Positions 11,057 through 19,348 of a DNA stretch of 19,348 bases are shown here, in pieces (the first letter of the stretch is position 1; each line of letters opens with the position of its first letter). This stretch comes from Ginkgo biloba (Eukaryota > Plantae > Ginkgophyta). Under the pieces are notes generated by a model, which saw nothing but the letters and a program-made list of their open reading frames with translations, did not search any database and was not told the origin of the DNA. The position numbers were made by a program, and so were the translations under genes. The stretch is taken from NCBI GenBank assembly GCA_024626585.2, contig JANKJI020000002.1:107266544-107285891 (forward strand), in the 5' to 3' direction.

Positions 11057-14031
11057 CTGCAAAACATGCATAGAAAAGAAAATCAGGCATACATACAACG
11101 AGTACTAAAACATATCCTAAATAATTACAAAGCTGATAAACTAATAGAATCACTGAGAGCTCCAGTCCTCTTGATTACAGTAATGTTGTGAGGACTCTCT
11201 AAAACACCATTGAGCAAGAGCAAAATGTAAAACAAATGACATCAACATCAATGCTCTAAATATGGAAGAAGGTTTTATGTAATTACCGTAAACATTTTCG
11301 TATCTGGATCCCAGTGCGAAAAGAACTTAGATGTTGACTTGTCTATTTCTGTACTCGGTACCTGAAAGAAAACAAAACACAGAATGCACATTGCTCAAAT
11401 TATATAAACAGAAAAAAAAAGTTACAGAACTGACCCCAACATTTTTTTTAATGAATGACAAACCTTGAAAGCAATAATCTCATAGGGCTCTGCTGCAAAC
11501 AGAAGGTATTGGTAACGCTTGTCCCAGGATTGAATCCTCTAGAACATAGCAGAAGCGTTAGCAAGACCAAATGGCATCACCTAGTAAGCATATGTACCCT
11601 ATTCTGTTAAGAGTGTTGTTTTCAGTTGATCTTCTAGGGAGATGCCTATAGCCACTAAATCCATCAGTGAATGAAAAATCTTCGTGTCCGGATACTCACT
11701 CTAGTGCATCTTTCGTGAACAATATGGGAAACGGATCTTTCTTTGTGACTTTGTTTAATTCACAATAATCCTCACAAACTTTAAATTTTCTATTTTTCTT
11801 TTTAACAATGATAATGGGGCTAACACATTAGTTGTTATCAACTTCATAGATATAACCAACATCTAACTTATCCAACTCATCTTTCACTTGCTCTTTATAC
11901 TTGGGGTTCATTCAATAATGCCATTGTCACTTGGGTTTTACTCCTTCGATTAGATCAATATGATGTTGTCCTATCTTCGGAGGAATAGCTTTTAAATCTT
12001 CATACGACCATGCAAAAGCATCCCTATATTCTTGGGATAGGGCCATAACTTGTGTGACTATTTGTGTGTCCCAATAGTTGCCAATTGTAATGTTTTGGGG
12101 TTTAGCCTCGATGCCTAAGTTGATTGTACAAGTTTTCCAATCTTGGAAGTCAACTGCTTTCTTATCCTTTGTTAATGTATGCATGGGTTATTCCTCAATT
12201 TTGTGATCACCATACTTTACTTCAGAGAATCTTTTTGAATACTTTTGTAATGTTTCAGGGATGGCAACTAATTCATTTGATGGAATTTCTAGCTCTNNNN
12301 NNNNNNNNNNNNNNNNNNNNNNNNNNNNNNNNNNNNNNNNNNNNNNNNNNNNNNNNNNNNNNNNNNNNNNNNNNNNNNNNNNNNNNNNNNNNNNNNNNNN
12401 NNNNNNNNNNNNNNNNNNNNNNNNNNNNNNNNNNNNNNNNNNNNNNNNNNNNNNNNNNNNNNNNNNNNNNNNNNNNNNNNNNNNNNNNNNNNNNNNNNNN
12501 NNNNNNNNNNNNNNNNNNNNNNNNNNNNNNNNNNNNNNNNNNNNNNNNNAAAACTCATATAATTAATTAATATCATTTTATAATAGAAAACGATCCTATT
12601 TCAAAAGTACTATTTTGCAATAAAATATCATTTTTTCCTTAGAAAGATCCCAAATTTGATGAATATATAATGTTAAAATTTATAAATAAATATTTTAATC
12701 ATAAATATTAAGAATAAAAAAGAAATTCAATGTATTTTTGTGGAAAAAGGGGTAGTACACACCAACATTTTGGGATCAGTTCTATGGACCTTTTCTACAA
12801 ACTTTTTAGGTATCCTATAGTGAAATTTGAGGCCAATTTTAGCTAATAAGGTTTCACAAAATTCACTAAAAATATGAAAAAAAGGGTCACTATTATGGCT
12901 ACTAAAATATAAACATGTATTTTAAAACAATAAATTACAACAAAACATATGAATGTTCTCGTCTTTCAACAAGGCTACTTAGCATTGTCATTGTGTGTTG
13001 GATAGAATTGAGACAAGATTATGAGTCTTATGAAAGTATAGTGCCCTTGGAGACTATTATCATATCCTTTTTACTTTGGTTATTATCTTTACACAAAACA
13101 TATGCTACCATAGTAAAAATTTCTCAAATACCTGAAAGAGAAGCGAGCGTTGCTTTGTCTCTGGATCAAATTGTTTTGTAACTCTGTATCCAGGACGACC
13201 AATTTTAACTGCAAGAACCAAATAATTGTCTGTTCAAAGTGCTCAAGGGAAAAAGATGACAATTAAGACCATTATTATCCACAAGCTGCAATAGATACAT
13301 TATCTAGAGATAAGAAAACCTGCATTTGTCCCACAACATGGGTGAATGACTGGATGTACTCTATGTCAGGAAACTAATGAATCAACAATTACTCTAGTGT
13401 CATTCGAATAACTCTGTCATGTACCAATGAGCTACATATTGCCTAACATAGTTGACAGTTTGTGAATTGCGTTTATTGGTTTAAATACCAACTAACTAGT
13501 AATGGCATATGCATTAACACAGTTAACTTTAACCCTTTGTGTGAATTCAGCATGTGTAGCTTTGATCAAAATCAAAACATACATCACAACCAGATCTTTA
13601 TTGATTGCCTAAATGTAGGCTATCTCAGGTCATTCAAGAAAGCCAATATTTCCCTCTACTCCATATCTCCTAATCAAAGATAAGCATATCAACATACCCC
13701 AAGTCCAGAGAACATTAAATAAATTATAAGTATGAACACTGAACATACTTTTTTAGCGGATATGCACTGATAACCTAGAGAGAGTGGAAGAGGGAAGCAG
13801 TTGGTACAGCAGAGAAAAAACAGCAAACAATCAATTAGGCACAAGTCTCAAGATAAATAACCTGATTTTCGTGGTGCAACCTTCCTTTTATTCGGTTGTG
13901 GCTGAGCAGGAGCATCTTTTGCTTCCCGTGCTGCCCGTTTTGCCAAATTTGTCTGATGTCTCTTTCCTTGTGTGTGTGCTAAGTAGTTTCCTTCATTGTT
14001 GTGTAGTGTCAAGCACAACTTGCACTCATAA
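10597..14031 (-). CDS. SF3A2: Splicing factor 3A subunit 2 (SF3a66/SAP62/Prp11 homologue), 5'-partial spliced gene: complement(join(10597..11056,11287..11361,11464..11538,[missing exon],13132..13208,13862..14031))
   Basis: Manual translation of the exons gives (S)YECKLCLTLHNNEGNYLAHTQGKRHQTNLAKRAAREAKDAPAQPQPNKRKVAPRKS / VKIGRPGYRVTKQFDPETKQRSLLFQ / RIQSWDKRYQYLLFAAEPYEIIAFK / VPSTEIDKSTSKFFSHWDPDTKMFT / LQLYFKTKP plus a Pro-rich tail. I recognise this as the collinear plant SF3A2 sequence (U1C/matrin-type zinc finger, SF3A2 beta-sandwich domain, Pro-rich C-terminus). All visible introns are GT-AG with consistent phases. Confidence 0.96.
11287..11361 (-). CDS. SF3A2: SF3A2 internal exon (VPSTEIDKSTSKFFSHWDPDTKMFT)
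   Basis: Acceptor ttttctttcag|GTA CCG and donor ACG|gtaatt. 75 nt, phase 0/0. Confidence 0.95.
11464..11538 (-). CDS. SF3A2: SF3A2 internal exon (RIQSWDKRYQYLLFAAEPYEIIAFK)
   Basis: Acceptor tgctaacgcttctgctatgttctag|AGG with a CTAAC branch-point-like motif. Donor AAG|gtttgt. 75 nt, phase 0/0. Contains the hallmark YQYLLFAAEPYE motif. Confidence 0.95.
11635..12296 (-). mobile_element. Degenerate Ty3/gypsy (non-chromovirus, Athila/Tat-like) pol fragment, N-terminal part of reverse transcriptase, inside an SF3A2 intron
   Basis: Minus-strand translation with in-frame stops: QEYRDAFAWSYEDLKAIPPKIGQHHIDLIEGVKPK*QWHY*MNPKYKEQVKDELDKL...VSPIIIVKKKNRKFKVCEDYCELNKVTKKDPFPILF...VSGHEDFSFTDGFSGY. These are the classic gypsy RT motifs. 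The fragment is truncated after DGFSGY. Confidence 0.9.
13132..13208 (-). CDS. SF3A2: SF3A2 internal exon (VKIGRPGYRVTKQFDPETKQRSLLFQ)
   Basis: Acceptor ttcttgcag|TT AAA ATT GGT completes the G|TT Val codon from the previous exon. Donor TTT CAG|gtattt. 77 nt. Too short to appear in the ORF track. Confidence 0.95.
13862..14031 (-). CDS. SF3A2: SF3A2 exon encoding the U1C/matrin-type C2H2 zinc finger (probably coding exon 2)
   Basis: Acceptor ttttgcag|T TAT GAG TGC (AG at 14033-14032). Encodes YECKLCLTLHNNEGNYLAHTQGKRHQTNLAKRAAREAK. Donor TCA G|gttatt. 170 nt. Confidence 0.95.
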
Positions 14032-14960
14032 CTGCAAAATTCATCCACAAACTATTAGAAACTCTAAACTAGTAAAAGGAGGGAAGAAAACATAAACATA
14101 TCAGGTATTTCCAATCACCCATTTGCAGGCAATATTTAGTTCAAAANNNNNNNNNNNNNNNNNNNNNNNNNNNNNNNNNNNNNNNNNNNNNNNNNNNNNN
14201 NNNNNNNNNNNAAATAATTACAAAATTATCAATCCATGGACAATCACATCAACATTAATGAACTAAAAGACTCCAATCACCTAACTCCAACAAAAATAAA
14301 GAGACTACCAAGCTAGCACTCCTCTCTTTGCAAACAGACCTACAATTCTAATGGAACTTCTAGGAACCATGAAACATGACTACATAATTCAAATGAAACT
14401 GTGCCTTATCCTGTGTTGATCCCTAGCGAAATTCCAAAAATACNNNNNNNNNNNNNNNNNNNNNNNNNNNNNNNNNCCCTGTAATACCAGGGAGAAGTTT
14501 TCTAAGCTCTAATCCACATGACAACAATAAATTATGCACAAGCCAAAGTCCTGTCATACTTTATTTATTGTACAAGAAAACCAATCCAAGGTAACTACAA
14601 GGATAACAGATCTAACACAAAGTTCATAGAAAGCAAGGAGAAAAAAGTAGCCTGACCTCCAATTTTTTATCTTTTTTATTTTTGGCGGGGGGGTTGATTT
14701 TTTTGAGGCGGGGGCACTCAGAATTGATAAAGAGTACGTTNNNNNNNNNNNNNNNNNNNNNNNNNNNNNNNNNNNNNNNNNNNNNNNNNNNNNNNNNNNN
14801 NNNNNNNNNNNNNNNNNNNNNNNNNNNNNNNNNNNNNNNNTCATATAAAGGCATCAAATAGTCTTAATTTTTAATAAGCCTGAATCATCCAAAGACACTC
14901 AATTCTCAAAGAGAACAAAACTAAATAGTACCAAAATGGTCTACAAACTAAAAGTGCATC

Positions 14961-15035
14961 GAAGTATCTGAATTATTTAAAGTATATGAATTATTTGAAT
15001 CATTTGAAGTATCTAAAGTATTTGAACCATCTAAA
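14961..15035. repeat. Degenerate 9-bp tandem repeat, ~8 units of (G/A)AA(G/T)TAT(C/T)T
   Basis: gaagtatct gaattattt aaagtatat gaattattt gaatcattt gaagtatct aaagtattt gaaccatct. Confidence 0.65.
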
Positions 15036-15299
15036 TTCTCAACAAAAGTATCTAAACCAAAAGAGAAAATAAAACCTGTTGTATATTTATTTTCATCCAA
15101 TCACCTACCCAATCTGAATAAGTATAGTCAATCAAGTAAAGATTATCACTGTTATGTCCATAACTAGTATGATTGAATTGAGCATGCCATAATTTTCTAA
15201 CTAGATATGAATGAGTAATGTAAGAAGAAAAGGCATACTATTTACTAGAACCATTTATTTCATAAAAATTGTACAATCCAGTTTGATGATCACCAGTTC

Positions 15300-15800
15300 T
15301 AGAGGCTAAAGTTTCAAATTGATTTGAAACTTGTTTAATAGAAAATCATTCCTTCCAAAATTCAACCTTAATACCTTTTTGACAAAGTTGGTAAATTCAA
15401 AGAACGTTAGGTTCTAAACCTAGAACATAAAATACACCATTGATGATCCCATTCTTAAGTTGAATACTCCCTATACTTGTAACAAGAAGTTGAATATTCT
15501 CTACACATGGGTAGCATTCACTTTATCATAATTATTTATTATCTTATTCCAAACATCAACAAAAGAGTATGATTCTAACAATAGTTTTTTAATATTATGT
15601 GATAAATTAAATAGAATAGTACCAAGAGAACAATCATAATTCAACATGTAGGTTTGTTTAGTTGCACCATCTTTCAGTTCTGTAAATTCACATGTAACAT
15701 ACCTCCAAAGATTTTGCATATTTAAATAGTTTGAAATCTTAACTTTCCACTCAAAATAATTTGAACCTATAAGAATGGGTAATTGGGGCACAATAGCCAT
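15300..15800 (-). mobile_element. Ty1/copia gag (UBN2-type) remnant
   Basis: ORF 15501..15800, MAIVPQLPILIGSNYFEWKVKISNYLNMQNLWRYVT...GTILFNLS...DVWNKI, matches the copia gag pattern L.G.NY..WK.KM..YL....LW..V. The downstream limit is approximate. Confidence 0.8.
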
Positions 15801-16260
15801 GATAGAATAAAGAAGAAAATAACAAAATCTAAATATGATATTAAAAATATAAAGATAGATCTAAGAAAAAAAATACCTTATGAAACCTTTAGTTAACTTC
15901 AACCATTAAAATATGAGGCAAATTAGCTCCTAATAGGATCATATATATGTCCAAATCAAAATTGTTTGAATGTAGATTCTAATAGAATAAACAAAACTAA
16001 AACTTGACTTTACATATGAAAGATATGGCATAAATAGTGCATATAGGTAGGGTAAAATAAAAAAATGCTTAAAAAATACCCTTTTAACCATAAAATATTA
16101 GCTTGAAAGTTGGCATGTGATCACTAGGTAGAGAGCTAACTAGCCATGGACTTTAAACAGNNNNNNNNNNNNNNNNNNNNNNNNNNNNNNNNNNNNNNNN
16201 NNNNNNNNNNNNNNNNNNNNNNNNNNNNNNNNNNNNNNNNNNNNNNNNNNNNNNNNNNNN

Positions 16261-18280
16261 TAGTGATGTGCTTTTCTTATATGTTGAGTTCTATGCTCAC
16301 TTCTTAGCAAAAAATGGTGTCAATATTAAACAAGATCCCATATTCAAGATTATAATCCCTCATCTACTCAACATGCATTATAATTAGTTAACACATTGCA
16401 AAGTATATTGCTATAAAATCTTGGTCATCCTAGTTGAGTTGTTTAAAATCATCAAAGCCAAAACCATCAATCTTCATAGTTGAATTTAAAGATAANNNNN
16501 NNNNNNNNNNNNNNNNNNNNNNNNNNNNNNNNNNNNNNNNNNNNNNNNNNNNNNNNNNNNNNNNNNNNNNTAATCTGCTTGGGATGCCTTAAATTTTATA
16601 ATTTGTATTAGGTATACAAAAGTTGAAGAGGCTTGTGGTCAAAATGTACAATTGTCCCTTTACCTATTAAATAATGCCTCTAATGCTTTACATGTGGTAA
16701 TAATACATACATATCTTTATCATATATGGAATACCATCATACCACTTCAAAAAAGGTCTCCAAATGGAGGGAAAATGGTTTACCATTTTAGATTAAGATT
16801 ATTCCTAGAGCATGCCCTGATANNNNNNNNNNNNNNNNNNNNNNNNNNNNNNNNNNNNNNNNNNNNNNNNNNNNNNNNNNNNNNNNNNNNNNNNNNNNNN
16901 NNNNNNNNNNNNNNNNNNNNNNNCATTCCTTTTTGCCAAAAAGTATTCTCAAATAATTGTCCAACCCTATGAAGTTTTAGAGGTCATGTAGGTTCTTAGG
17001 TACTTTCCACTTCAAGATGACTTCTTTCTTTGTAGGGCCTATCTTTATGCCTTCTCCATATACCTTAAATATTAAGTATATAAGTTCCCTCTTGATAAAT
17101 GCACAATTCTTAAGGCTTTCTTATAGTTGTTCCTTTTTTAGTATATCAAGAACTATCTTAATGCGTTATAAGTGANNNNNNNNNNNNNNNNNNNNNNNNN
17201 NNNNNNNNNNNNNNNNNATGTATACGATGATAAATAAATCAAAGTAAGGTCAAAAATACCTCACTAATAAATATTATGAAGTTTTTGGGGGAATTAATCA
17301 ATTTGAGAAATATGACCACCCATTTAAAAATAACTTGTCCTATTTTGAAGGTGTTATTCGATGAATCTTCTTCCCTAATTCAAACTTGATGGTATCTTAA
17401 TTTGAGGTCTATTTTATTAAAAAAATTGGCTCCCTAGAGCTAGCCAAGGAGGTCCTATACCCTTGGAAAAGGATGCAAGTTCTTCACTATGATCCTATTT
17501 AAGGCTTTATACACATCCTTCAAATGTCATATTTATTGGGGATAAAGATTATAAAAGATCCATAAAGTAAAGTGTTAATCTTAATATGCCCTTTGCCAAA
17601 TAATTATTGGAGTTGACTCTTGATCTCTTCATTATATAAGATTGATATTCTACATAATGAGGCATTTGGGAGTATTTTTCCTTAATACAACTTCATGCCA
17701 AGGCTAATAACTCTCTTAGGAGTCATTCCTTTAAGGTATTTGAAGACATCCATGTATCTATGTAATGTACTATTCATTTTTCCTTATTTATCTACATTCT
17801 AAATAACTATAATCACCCCATTTTAATCTATTATCTAGGCCTATATAGGTCTTAGGGTTAGGAAGACAAATATTATTGAGGGATTGGCGAGCATCTTGGC
17901 TTAGGTTATAGGAAATTGACTTAGAATTTATCTTATCCCTAATGATATATACTTAAATATTTTTAACCAACCAATATTGAGTGGGATTTTTTTTAAATTC
18001 AACATATATTTTTCACAAATATGGACTTTGGAATATCATCCCATATACTTCTAGGAGAATCATGCCATATCTTATCTCATCAATGAAGTATTTTGAAATT
18101 ATAAAATTGAATTTGCATTGTTTATTTTTGGTTTGTTTTACATCTTTCTTTAGCCAAGAAAGAATGTAGGGAGTTGGGCACTCAGTCATTAGACACCTAA
18201 ATTACTTCAGAATAACCCTTGAGATCAAGTTCTTTTGGCTTCTTGGATAAAATGTCATTGAAACTATTGGTGATAGAAAA
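16261..18280 (-). mobile_element. Degenerate Ty3/gypsy LTR retrotransposon pol (protease-RT-RNase H-start of integrase)
   Basis: Minus-strand remnants occur in gypsy order. Protease region: FYPRSQKNLIS...PYILSWLKKD...KQCKFNFII...GMIFQSPYL (~18260-18015). RT: EEIKSQLQ*LFGKGHI...RMCI.ALNRIIVKNLHPFPRV*DLLG*L*GANFFNKIDLKLRYHQV*IREED (~17640-17365), then KWKVPKNLHDL*NFIGLDNYLR (~17010-16945). RNase H: YDKDMYVLL..KH*RHYLIGKGTIVHFDHKPLQ (~16725-16625). Pre-integrase: DYNLEYGILF...IRKAH (~16360-16265). Many stops and frameshifts. Confidence 0.88.
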
Positions 18281-19348
18281 CTCCACCATGCGCCCATCCA
18301 TATATGGCGAGAGAGATCCATGCCAATAACCTCGATTTTAATTTAATTGCACTTTTAATTTAAAAAGGAAGACAAAATTGAACTCAAGCGCTTTTAAAAT
18401 CATATGGCCATCATAGTGTTGAGGAAGAATTGAGGTCAAAATGATAGAGTGTATTCTTGTCAAATAGGTGGAGCAAAGGGGGCATTGTCATGGTTTTCTA
18501 ATTTGGTGCTCAATTATAAGGTCATACATTAGTAGAGACATCGATATAATTTCACCTCAAGATGCTTAAATTTATGTCTCAGAGACCCAATGTAGCCTTT
18601 GTATTACTACACCCTCAACCTTAGACCCATTAAGTAGAACACCCACACTACTTTTTAAGTGATTTAGTAATAATGTGTATATATAAGTGTCCAAAGGGTG
18701 TCAATTTTTAATACATTTTTCTCTTCATGTTATTACACGATTTGTCGTTCCTTAAAAGTGGGTAATATCCATGCTTAAACCCCATGAATTATCCCTTGTT
18801 CATGCATAAGGTCATGTGCACACTTAATTAATAACCCTCAAGTTTTATCTAAGTGTCCTAGAGAGAAGAGGGCATTGGCTAATATTACATGTTTCATGGG
18901 GAGAGAAAAGTTGACTTCCTTCACAAGAAAAATAAACCTCGTTCTTTAGAGACAATCATAGATCTCCCTAAAAACACTTTAAAAAAATTTAAAAAAAAAT
19001 CCCTTGGACCTTAACCTAGAAGGAATAGACATGTGAAACCCATAGGAACTTGGACTACTCAATTAGGAGGCTAAAAAAAATCAAATTATAACCATAGGGC
19101 ATCCTTCCCCCACTCTGATTTAATCAATTTTTTTTTTTTTATGTTCGTGTGTAGGTCATGGCTCTATTCTAGTGTGGCATCAAGGGTTGAATGACATAGG
19201 GGAAGTATCAAAGTGAGTCAAGGAGCAGTGCCAACTCATTGGAAAGGAGACGATGGGGACAATGGGGAGCACATAGACAATAATGTCCATGAAATGATGT
19301 GACCCTGGTGCAGAGATGATTGAGGGTTTTTCTCTAGAGCTATGGATT

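Noticed and set aside
11660-11700. Minus-strand GAG TAT CCG GAC (EYPD) as the missing IEYPE exon
   Set aside because: It lies inside the gypsy RT fragment (VSGHEDFSFTDGFSGY in another frame) and is not followed by KPRHRFMS.
13125-13131. GTATTT donor as a U12-type 5' splice site
   Set aside because: The U12 consensus is GTATCCTT, which this does not match.
13784-14095. 103-aa plus-strand ORF
   Set aside because: Antisense to the zinc-finger exon, with no recognisable motifs.

Overview
This is AT-rich, CpG-depleted eukaryotic DNA from a land plant with many scaffold N-gaps; a gymnosperm-like large genome is my inference from the retroelement types and the long TE-filled introns. The one host gene is a minus-strand, intron-containing splicing factor 3A subunit 2 gene (SF3A2/SAP62/Prp11 homologue). 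Five exons can be placed exactly with GT-AG boundaries: 14031-13862, 13208-13132, 11538-11464, 11361-11287 and 11056-10597. The first coding exon and one internal 22-codon exon are not visible. The rest is mostly decayed retroelements: three Ty3/gypsy remnants, a Ty1/copia gag remnant, an L1-type LINE ORF2 and two related LTR-like segments. One LTR-like segment carries a 14 x 36-bp tandem array. I found no CRISPR array, RNA gene or convincingly novel system. The best leads are the missing in-frame exon beside an intronic retrotransposon and the methylation-decayed array inside a putative LTR.
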